From: Botryllus schlosseri
Lineage: Eukaryota
Direction: 5' to 3'
Assembly (NCBI GenBank): GCA_051294905.1
Contig: CM119374.1
Coordinates: forward strand, 20,708,001 to 20,772,000
Length of the DNA: 64,000 nucleotides
The notes below the pieces were generated by a model. The model was not told the DNA's origin. It ran no database searches and saw only the letters and a list, made by a program, of their open reading frames with translations. Both the position numbers and the translations under genes were made by a program. Below are positions 13,201-25,200 of this stretch, one piece after another; positions within the stretch are counted from its first letter, which is position 1; each line of letters begins with the position of its first letter.

Positions 13201-16200
13201 CGACGTCAGCTGGGAGCTGTACGCAAAAAGCGGAATCAATTAAAGATAACAATATAAAATAATAAAGCGTTTTGAAACTAGTTACTCGAGTAATTATCAT
13301 TGATTAATTCTCTACATCCACTTGACATGGACCGACATGTCAAGGCAATCGCTATTTCTACCAAAAATCAAATAGAAATTTAGGGAATTACTTTCATTTC
13401 CACTCGATTACTTACAACTTTGACCCCCTCTCAGAGTAACACGGCCGAAAAATTTCCAATCCTACCAAGGTGGGTTCATAGCCCACACAAAAACAAGAGG
13501 AAAAACAGGAGGCATTGATCAAATGGCAATCTTAAGACACCAGTCACTGTTACACAGTCGGCCCCCAAGAACAAACCGAAATAGTAAAGGACTGTAACCG
13601 TACATCTTTTCTTCGTCTTCCGACTTCTGTTCTTGCACTTGATTCTTGCTTTTCTGCTGCTTCAGGACGGTGTGCACCCGGATTTTATAACTCTCGTATT
13701 CGGACTCAAGGGAATCCTTCTCCGTCTTCAGCAATTCGCAATCGGCCTGAAACGAATCGCCAACAAATACCAGAGCTTGCAAGACCACATTCATCACAGT
13801 ATACAGTATTCAAAGTCTTTTCGTGCGCCCGTTATCAAGAGTTAACGGTACAATGACAGGCTTATCCACAGAGATTCAAATCAAAATCAATTTGGTAAAG
13901 CGTGACGTAAAGATGTAATTGTAAAAGAACGTCGGACTCTGCGTTAGTCATAACAAAGAAAACAAGCGAGAAACAAAATCACACGTTACACACAGATAGA
14001 TGTTGAACGGAGATGTTGCAGTATGGATTACAGAATTTCAAGATTGTAATAGAGCTCGTTCTGTCGATACAATTCTGGATTATTTAATTCACCGATCGTT
14101 GACTCCAATACAGATAGACGGAATGAAGACCTGCCCTTAGAAATCACAGTGAAATTAACGGCATAAAGACTGGATTGTCCATTATATGCCGGCCAGTTGA
14201 ATGGATTTGTAAAAAACGAAGTTGTTGGAAGATTTTTGCCGGATTAGGATCAGATTTGAATTTACAATTTTTTGAAGTTCGGTCTAAATTTGTACTACAA
14301 ATTTCCAATAATTTGCAATTTCCATGACACTCAGCAAGCGGGTAAACTTAGGGTTAGTATTTGGGTTATGGCTAGGATAAGTTTCGGGGTTATAAAGTCA
14401 CAGGCGAAGCGCCACACGCTAACTGTCTAGCCACCAATCGAAATACCTGCAGCGTGTTGACTTTCCTCTGCATTATATCGCTCGATCTTGTATGCGTCGA
14501 GTCCATCGTGATGATTTTGTCTTGAAGCTTACGGACTTCCGCGCTGTTATTCGACAGTTCCAGCTGAAAATGATAGGGCTGTCGGCACTCGCCAAAAACA
14601 CTACTAACTGGCACCTTGGGAAATCTGGCGCGAAACTGTTGTATAAAACAGTGGTTGGGTGGATCCCCTAACCGCGAAATTATGGAAGCTAATAACTAAA
14701 AAGTCGTCGCCACTGTCACCCGATCCTAACCACGGCCTCATTGCCATCTCTGTTAATGCCTAAAAATTACCTGATGACCAAAAAAGTCATGGCCTGATTA
14801 TATCAGTTGCAGTGCAATTATTAGTGTTTGTATTGTACGTGTGGCAATTGGCGCTAAAGATAAGACAAAATAAGGACAGTTTTTATCAATATTGGCAATG
14901 TACTGTGGTTTTATAGTTGAAGTTCCTTTCACAGACCCTATATAACTACTCGGCGGCGACCAATTTAATAACCTGGGCTGCTCTAAAGGCTGCAATAAGG
15001 GCTATAAAAAACGTACTTTAACGCTTTCTGTCTCCTGTTGGAATTCTTGCACTTGACTTATCGCGTCCGCCAGCTGGCCTTTCATTTCTTCCATTCTTGA
15101 TTCCATCTCAGACATCTCTTCTCGGCAAGCCGCGAGTTGCTTGTTCGTTTGGTTCGTCCTGTCTTCTGCATCGATACGGAGCTGTGAATCGATAAACGTT
15201 ACTGAATCAAAGCCAAACTTATAGCGCCGAGGATAATAAAACTTATACACAGAGTTAGTTAACTTGGGCGGACGTAATTTATGACGCCTGCCTCTGCGTA
15301 TATCGGATACCTGTTCCACGGTGTTCCTGTCCTCGTTGATCTTGGCCAAGCGCTCCTCGAGACCTCGCGAGTTCTCTTTCTCCGACCGCAAATTTTCGTT
15401 AAGCGTCTCGATCGTGTCGTTCAGCTCGGAAACGCTCCGTTCGTATTGCGCTATTTCCAACGCCAGCATGTCGTGCTGCTTCATACCCTACGGAACGGGA
15501 ATCATTTAAAATGCGTCCTCTCGAGTTACTTACAGATGCGGATTCGTTTTTAGACTAGTTACACTTCTACTTCAGAGGTGGTGGAAGTATTCATTGTTCG
15601 TGCGGAAGTTGAAGTAACGTTGTAAATTTATACTAAAGAACAAGGGAAAGTAGTCCACAGAACAGAACCAAGTACGCAACATCCACTCTAGTACTCAAAA
15701 AAGCAGAGGTACTTCTCATTACTGACCACCTCTGTATCGCTTGCCCCAAATTCTGTCATGCAGAAGGCTCTTTCAAGGCGGACTCACAAATCAGCGTGTG
15801 CCTTAATACCGATTGTCATACCTTTTTCGCTTCCGACAAATGCTGTTTTGTATCGGCGAGAGACGATTTCTGCCTGTTCAGTTCGCCGTCCAACGAAGCG
15901 ACCTTCTCTTTCAGCTGCTCTTCGTTCTACAAAACATCGTAACATTCGGCGACTTGTCTCTCTACAAGCACACGCCTACACAAGTTATTGAAACGAATAT
16001 ATCCGAGCTCGGGGTGTGCAAAATGGGTGTTGACAAAACATTTTTGTCCAGATCTCACGGATTCACTGAATAAATTGTTGCCTAAAAAACTGATGCGCAC
16101 CAAACTTGCCTAAATTCCAACCAGTAGAAGCGGATGCAAATCGAAATTAAGGCCATATTTACAAAATAGTAGTATTTACGGTGGCAAATTCAGCCACTTC

Positions 16201-19200
16201 CACATGACCAAAACGTCCTGTTCCAGGCGTGCCTGGAGGGTGAGTGATGCTTTTTCCATCTTGACAAGAAACTCTGATAAAGTTTGGATAAAGACATCAC
16301 TAATTGATAAAAAAAGGATGAAATTTGCCACTTAAAATACTATTATTTCCAAAAACGGCCAAAATTACAATTTGGCGCGCACCATATTTTGAGGCAACAT
16401 CACAATTTAATCGGTGAATCCGTGAAGTGTAGAAAAAAAATGGTTTTAAGCACCCTCAGTGTGTAATCTCCTTGATAAGCGATTCAGATATAATGAGGTA
16501 GAACATCTAGTCATAAAGAGGCTTTCTAGTAGTTTCAACCTGGACATTGCAAAGATCAAGATAAGAACACCTTTTTCATGTTCTCAATCTCGTTCATCTG
16601 CCTGTTCCGTTCCGCCTCCAGCATTTCAGAAGTGGCTTTCGTCATGGTCAAAAGCTGTGAGATGTCTTTCTTCTCATTCTCTAGCGCGTCGCATTTCGCC
16701 TTCCACTGATTCATGCCTTCCTCGACCTCGTTTTTCTGCAAAAACATGGCAGCAAACGTGCAATTATTCAAAGTCGTCACAATAAATCACTGTTTTCAAA
16801 GTCGGCAGGAAGCCAACTCAAAATGGGTATCAAGATAGGGGGACATTATACCTATGCTCAGTAGAGCCCGGCGGATATCATAATTTCTATCCGATACCAA
16901 TGTCGTCGATATAACATATTTTACATTTCCAGGTTAGTTATATTGCAGAGTATTTTCAATACCAAACCATTCGACAAATCCTGCATACTGTGTAACATGC
17001 ATATAGGATTCCAATATTAATTCGATTGTCACTAATAGATCGGCATTGTTTCACTATAATCACACATATTGTTTCAAAACAAAACGAATTACTGTTCATT
17101 TCGACATAATATATAACCTAACGATAGGAATTGCGAGCCTGTGCACGAATTAACCAGAGTTTTTTACGTTCAATTCTTATATTCATTCCGTTCCTTATTT
17201 TGTCGCCAGAGTCTTATACTCTCTGCATTACTTTTCATTCAGTGTGCATGCCTCTTCTATACTTCGCCTAGGCCAAGGTACTAAAGGTAGGTGTCTGATC
17301 TTAAAGATTACTCCAAGTTGTTTCCACACTCTTCTTTCTTTTCGTGGTATCGCAGTTTTGTGGTGTTTTAAAACGATGATAAGATTAATAAAACTGACTG
17401 ATTGATTGATTGATTCCTGAGCATTTTGGCCGAATAAAATCGTTGTCTGGGGTATCCGGTGTCTGGATTAGGCAGAGTCGACCGTGTCTCAAATAGAACT
17501 TCCAATTAGCGGCAGCATTTTGATAACGACATTCAGTGTTACCTTCATTATTTACAACAACACTCTAGCTCAATAAGAAACTCATACTTCTATTCCTACA
17601 TGCTTTATTTTGGATTTTAAATTTGCTTCTAGTTTTGTCTATAAGAAGCTAACTTCTGTGGTACTGATAAATCCATACAACAGGCGACCTAAAATGGCTA
17701 CTACTGAATCCCCATACCTCGGCCTGCGCTTTCTTCAACTGGGCGACGATGTCGTCCAAGTTCTTCTGCAACACCTTCTTCTCATCCTCGGCGTGATCCA
17801 ACCGATCCTGCAGCTTGTCGCATTCCAGCTGCATCATCTGAACGTTAGACGCCTGCGTCTGGCTGCCCTGCAAAAACAAAAACCCGTAGCTGTTTTCACG
17901 AATCGAATCTGGCCGGGTCTGCGGCAATGGTGGTCGGAACACTGAAGAGTTGCTACTCGAGCAGAATTGATGCCGTAAACTTCTACTCGATTGCAAGTAG
18001 AGGTAGCTATTTCAAAGACTCGTGAAACTACTTTATGAGGAAATAGAAAATAAAAGGTATGGAACGTAGTTAAGAAAGTTGTTACAAAAAGTAGATTCGG
18101 TCGAGAGTGCATACTCTAGCTAGTTAATCGGAGGTGAGATACTATCGATATCGCAAGATGTATCTTTGTGAATAATGCACGGTGATTAACGACACTACAG
18201 ACGGGTAGAATCTTCATATATTTATTCAGTTACTGTGGTACCTGGGGATTTCATGCCTTTGCCATGACAATTTCACTCGTGGAAGGATGGGGGGGGGGGG
18301 GGGGGCGCTCCCCTTGGCCTTGAGGGCGTGAAAGCATCTGAGGGGAGGTGTGAAGCCGCCTGAGAGTAACGATGTTCTCGAAATGAGTTTAATTTGTGTT
18401 GAAACTTTCAAGTTTCAACAATGGCAATAGCAAAGCCTACGCAGGTATATTGAAATAGTAGTAGGCTCTTTTGCTACGGGCCATCCGTAGTTCCGAGCGT
18501 ACCTGCAACCGAGCCGTCAGCGTTTCTATCTGCCCGGCGAGAGCGGCCGTCTCGTCTTCCGCGGATTTCAGCTTCTTTTTCGTAGCCTCCAGCTCTTTCT
18601 TGGACTTGACTGCGATCACTTTCAGTTTGTTGCAGTATTCGTCTTTGGCTTTCAGCGTTTGTTCCAGATTTTCTGGACGCGAAAAGAAATTTGCAGAAGA
18701 CGGATTTCAAAATTTGATTACCGGAACGAAACTGTCGATTCAACGTAAAATCGGTGGTTTGATTTACCTGCCCCTAATCATATCATCGTATCAGTTATTT
18801 ATCATATTATATTGCTGTTGGTTGGCAGTAAACCAATATAGTTACGGCAGTCGACTATAGACACAAGCAGACTTGTACAACTAGGAAACTTTCAGCTTCT
18901 CCAAATTAATTATAATTAGAATTAGTTGTACCGGCTTTTCCAATTCAGATTTAGAATTACTTTATTCGCAAAAACTTGTAAACTGAATCAAGTTCAGTTC
19001 GTAAGACTGAGAATAGTAAATATCTGCACAGGAAAACCAAAAATCCGACTAGAATTAAAATCACAAAAAGCACAGAAAATTTCACGAATTCGATAAGAAT
19101 TTGATTACCGTCATTTTGATCTAACCAATCTAATTATACAACTAGAAATATTTAGTTGCCAAAGTCTGGACACAACGTCAAAAAACTTCCACTATAAGAA

Positions 19201-22200
19201 CACTTGGATGTCCGTGCGTGTCGTTGAAGTGATCACAGCTCTGCTCTAGTTTACAAGCAGGCACATTTAGCGAATGGCCTACCTCTAGCCTCCGCGTTTC
19301 CGGCGTCACTTTTCTGCGCGGCTTCGTTCTCTTTCGACTTGAACACTCCGAGTTCCACCGTCAAACTTTCGACCTGCGTCTCCAACTGCGCACATTTGTC
19401 GCTCGCCTGTGACGCCTGCCGAGAAATGGAGTCGTTAACACAAAAAAACTTACCCAGTATATATATTTCTACGATATGGGAGTACTCCAGTAGGTTTTGC
19501 CTACTTGTACAGGCCTGCTTAATCAAGTAATTATGTTTATAGATTACCATAACTTTCCATGTAAAATAGGTACCCTGAAAATGGCACGTAGATTCTGGGA
19601 AAAAGCCTGAACCCATTTATAGTACGCACCCTGCATTAGCAGCACACGCCGATTATAGAAGCTTCTCCAGTTGACGAGCTCGCGCCCGTACGATACATCA
19701 CCAGCGAAGGTTATGTTTTAGTATTAGCGGAAATTGCGGCGATTAGATGTCATTCTGTTTTGCGATGTCGCTGTTGAACCGTCATGCCGTAACGATCGTT
19801 AATCATTATACACTTAACCGCATTGCCTCTAAGCGATTGTAGATGGGAGCCAATGCCTGCGAGGCCTGAGACGCTCTAATTCATGCCAGCAACGATATCT
19901 TGCACTCCAGGCCTGTTGCAGATGTGATTGTTCAGGACAGCGTAACCAGGCCTGCTGCAGATGCGACTGTTCAGGCCAGCGATCATGCGCGTGCACCTGG
20001 TTTGCTTTAAATGATATTGTTCAGGCCTGTTATTGACGTGAGGCCAGCTAGGATTGCACGCGTGTGCAGCAATCAACGACCGAACTTGCTCGCGTACAAA
20101 TGGCAAACCAAGACGAATCTCGATAATTGGCAACACGCTTCTTGCAAATTGGCGGCGCCTAACACCGATATTCACAAATTACTGGGCGGGATGGCTGAAC
20201 GTGATGCGCGATTGACAACAAACAAGAAGAAAGGTGTGATTTCAAGTTTTATTTCGAGGGAGATTTTTTTCAAGAACTGTTGCACCTATGCATAATGCGC
20301 ACCTTCATCCCCCCCAAAAAAAACAAGTCCTAGAATACATTACTTGGAAATTGCTAATTCTCGAGTAGAATTCAACTACCGGTGTGGTGTGTCACTTCTA
20401 CACTTCCGCTATTACGTTTTCGGTGAATTTCAATTTACCAAAGTTGACCTGTTCTCAAAATTTCTTTCAAAATTTTACCAGTCCCCGAAAGTTGAAAAAA
20501 AAACACGCGAACCACTTGCTTAGACGCCATAATTACGACTTACCTCTTTCACAAGCTTTTCCTTGCCCGCCGTCAACTCTTCGCATTTCTCTTTCAAAAC
20601 CGACAATTCGGATTCCGTCACCGACCTGTTTCGCAGTTCGATCGCAAACTCGCTTTCCTTCTCGTTCAATAACGCTTTTACCCCGGTCAGATTTTCTTCC
20701 AACTCCGCGGTAACCTTTACGAGATCCTTGAAGCGCGACCGCGAAGAGAGAAGGTCGAACTCCGATTTCCTATAGACGTCGTGTAAGTTCGACAGCTCCG
20801 TTTTTAAATTAGCGATTTCCGACTCCGATTTCTCGTCCGCCGTTTCCATCAATTTAACCGATTCCGACCTGCTTTCCTGCAACCTCGTTTCCGAGTTTGC
20901 GATTTGCGCTCGCAGCTCGGCGATACACGAATCTTTATCGAGCGCTTGTTGCTTTTCAAAGTCTATTTGTTGCCGAAGAGACGTGTTCGATTCTTGCAAC
21001 TCTACCAAATCTTTCTCGCGTTTCGACCCCAAGATTTCCAATTCCGATTCTTTTTCCAGAATCACGTTTTTCACAGTTTCGAGTTCGTTTCGTAAATTTT
21101 CTATACGTTTCGAATATTCTTCCAAATTCTCCCGTAAACCGCCATTTTCGCTGTTTTTCATCTCTAAAAGCTCGTCTTTACGTTTAGACTCGGCTTCCGA
21201 CTCCTTTTTCAAACTATCAAGCTGATTTTGTAACGTTACGACTTCGTTTTTCAAATTTTCCTTCTCGCCACTTTCAGATTGCAGTTCCTTTTCTGCCTTC
21301 TCCGATTGAGCTCGTAAATCCTCCAATTGTGACGTCACAGCGGCCGCGATCACGTCTTTCGCATCAATCGATTCTTTGAGATTAGATATTTCTGTTTGTA
21401 AATTTTGATTCACTTCCAACATACTATTGTATTTCGCAGTCCGATCGGAATCCTCTTCTTCAAGCGACGACTGCGAGTTTTCCAGTTTCTCTTTCGTCAA
21501 TTCCAATTCTTTCTTGATTCCATCCTTTTCCGACTCCAAGGCAGCAATTTTCCGATCGCGCTCGGACTCTTCCTCCACCAACTCCACCATCTGCATCAAT
21601 TCCGCGTCTTTCTCAGCCGCTTCCGTTTGGAAACGTAGACAATGCTCCTCGACTTTGTTAAATCGTGACTGGAGTTCATAATAACGTGCGGACAGCTCCT
21701 TTTTTTCTTCAAGGCTCGAGTCGAGACTGACCTTGAGATTTTCATGTATTCGTTTCAATTCCTCAAAATCAGACGCTATTTTCGAATTTTCGGCATCTCC
21801 TCGCTCAAAACCATCGATTTTGTTGCGCGCAGCACACAATTTCTCACGTAGACTCGAAATTTCGCTTTCCAAAGATTTCCTTTCTTCGCAATTACTTTCC
21901 AATTCGGCACAGACGTCGCTGTATTTGGATTCTACATCGGCCAATTTATCGGTCAACGTTTTCACAGATTCTTTCTCGTTAGCCAACCCGTTTTCGACCT
22001 GTTCGCGCATAACAGATTCTTCTCGCAGCAATTTTTGCACATCATCCAAAGATTCACATTTATCGTCCAAGTCTTTTCGAAGCGACAAATTAGCTTCCGA
22101 CAATTCTACAACCTTAGTTTCAGATTCCTTTCTCAATTCACACATTTCATCTTTGGCGTCTTTGATATTTTGTTCGTAATCCCTTACTGTACTTTCAAGC

Positions 22201-25200
22201 CTGTCGTTTTCCTCTCTCAAACCGTCAATCTCATCTTGAAGTAGGTTTTGTGAATCTGCGCCTTGCTGCAGAGCTTCCAATTTCGTTTCCAACCTCAATT
22301 TTTCATCCCGCAATTTCGTTACCGATTCCTCCGAATCTTCCAGGAGCTTAACTTTACCAAAGCATTCTTTAGACAGCCGTTCAATTTCCTCCGATAACTC
22401 ACAATTCCTTTTTTCCAAATCTCCCAACACGGAGTCCTTAGATTTAAGTTCCTCGGCATACTTCAGACTTGATAGCTTGAGATTTTCGTTTTCAGTGACG
22501 ACCGCCAAGTTTTCTTCTCTCAAACCCTGCACGTCAGTCTCTAACCGATCTTGAACCAGCGCCGCATTCTCGACAGCCTCGTTCAACTTAGATTCGACAT
22601 TTTCCAATTTTTCACCGATACCTGCTTTTTCGTCCTCCAAAATCTTCAAATTCGTTTTCGCGCCTGCCAATTCGGACTCAAATTCTTCACAAATCTCTTT
22701 GCGACGTAGCTCGGCTTCTTGCAAATCAATCTGAAGTTCAGCGTTCGCAGCCTGTAGGTCGCGTACTCGCGTTTCAAAATCAGTACACGCTGTAGATTCG
22801 TCTAACGATTTTTGAATTGCGACCACTTTCGCACGAAGATTCTCGTTTTCCTGGGTCAATTCGTTTGCTTTAATCGTAATATCGTCACTAGACTTCACTT
22901 TATTAGCTAAATCCATGTTCTCTGCCTGCAAGCCTTCGACAGATTTAGTCAAATCTTGAACTTGAATTGCAGACAATTCGGTAGCAGATTTGAAATCCGC
23001 GATTTCGCTTCGAGCGTTTTCGAAACCAGACTTCAACGACGTGTAAGATTCGTAAAAGTCATCCGCCTTAAACCCTAACTTTTCTTCCAACTGCGATCGA
23101 GAAGACACTAAATCTTCTACTTTAGACTTTAATTCTTTTAGTTCATCCTGTGTAGCTACATCCTTAGATTCAGCGGTCTCCAATTTCTTGACCAGACTAT
23201 CATTGGCGTCGCATTGCGATTTCAAGCGTTTCTTCAGCTCTATTATCACAGCTTTCATCTTGTTGACGTCCTGACCCGGGCTAGCCGACGCGTTCTTAGA
23301 CTTGGTCTGCTTCAGAGCGTCCACGGTGATCTTTAAAGCTGCTATCTCGTTTTTAAAATCCGCGTTTTCCTTCGTCAGCTGTTCTGAAGCTTGCAGCTTT
23401 TCAGACATGGTCTTGATGTGGGTTTTTAACCCCGAAACCTGCTGCTCGTAATCTTTTAATCTGTCGGCCAGATCTTGTTTTGCAGTCACGACCGACTTTA
23501 GCTGATCGTCGGCGGTTTCGACTTCGTATGCATACTCCTTGCATTTCGCGGAAAGCTCGTCCCGTTCGTTTTGCAGGCATTGTAAAGACGACATGAGAGT
23601 CTCCAGTTTCATGTTGGTGCATTCCAGTTGCTCGCTGGCAGAAGAGTATTTTTTGCGCAAGCCCTTCTCGGTTTCGCCCTTTTCTTCGAGCTTATCCTGA
23701 AGCTCTCTCAGTTGTGCGGCGTTCTGAAATCACAAGATGACATTGAAATCGGCCATCTTTGTTTGGCACGATTACAGGGGTTGGTGATCGAGTAGAAGAA
23801 TAGCGATTCGCAAGAAATGTCAAAACTACTTCGAGTTGAAACAGAAAATGGAGTTTTACGTCCTAAGTCAAGTAAAGGTGGATTTGATCGAGGCAGGGGC
23901 GTATCCAGTCGAAAAAAAACGGGGTTATTTTTAGAAAAGGGGGGTGTTTTCATAGGGAGAGGATGTTCCTAGTTCTAACCGATTGATCAGGTTAAATGTA
24001 TGCAGATATTACAACGGTCAGATAATCTTACTCGCGTTTGCGACTTCTTTGATCGTATATACAAAACCTAGTACCACTAAATACAGCAGGTCCTTAAGCT
24101 GAGATAACAGCAGAAATTACAGCACAGCGAGAGATCTCTCCATTTTGCGCTCAAATACGAAGTGAAGATACGCAAATGAATCACAGTATGTTGCCGTTGG
24201 TATCAATTGTTCGGCCTGTTCTTGCAGATGATCTGGATTAATTTTGTTTTAAATCAATATGATATCTACTGTCTGCCAAGATGGTGTAGTATTTTTGGTG
24301 TGTGGAGATGGTAAAGACCAATTAACGCTAGAGCTTGTGCGATTGCATCACATGGATAACAGTGGACAGGCGCAGGCTTAGGCTCGCAATGAAAATGCAT
24401 TCCTAAATGCGTTTGCGGTGCAAAAGTGACAATTGCGAATTGTCCAGGCCAAGACTAGGCCTATAACTTCTCGTCAAGATTACATCGGACATTGATGTAG
24501 CACTATCACGCGCCGCAAGTTACGGAGCGGCCTAATTTTCCTAGCCGCCGATGTTTTTACTACTGGCCAAGCGCGTTAAAACAGGACAATCAGCAGATGC
24601 GCCAGAGGCCCGAGACATGAAAAGACTGGAAATCTGGAAACCTACAAAACAACCAAACTAAATCATCACAAATTGGATCAATACATGAGAGATTCCATAT
24701 CGGACATTTGATTAGTACAATCTGTTTTGGTACTGTAGGGATCTGCTATCTCTAATGATACCAGCCTAGGCTGCGTGCTTATTTGAACATGCAATGGCGA
24801 GAGCGAGATCTTCGGAGGCAATGTAACATGATACACCAATTACTCCCCGCTGTCACAGACGAGAGAGGAATAGGAGGAAAAGGGGTTTCGTAGCATTTAT
24901 TGTTATGTGAAAACGCTCTTTGGGCATCTAATCACGAATGAGCATTGAGTAATTGATACTTGGATAATAACAGAGAGCTAGATTAAGGATTCAAGAGGAG
25001 GGAGAGTTGAGCTTGGGAACAGGGGATATTGGACACCGATTACCCCCCTGGATACGCCCCCGAGTCGAGGTATCACATACATATATTCATAGACGCCTAA
25101 CGCTAATTTTCCTTAGGTATGCGGGTTGCATGACGTCACAAAGGAATGACGTCATAATGTGACAGAATTGATGATTTTGGGTTAATATAGCATCAATTCA

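Noticed and set aside
20563-23622. Several + strand ORFs (e.g. 21733-22179, 20897-21187) and short alternative-frame ORFs over the giant GCC2 exon
   Set aside because: S/F/L-rich antisense shadows of an E/K-rich coiled-coil ORF; no independent domain or splice support
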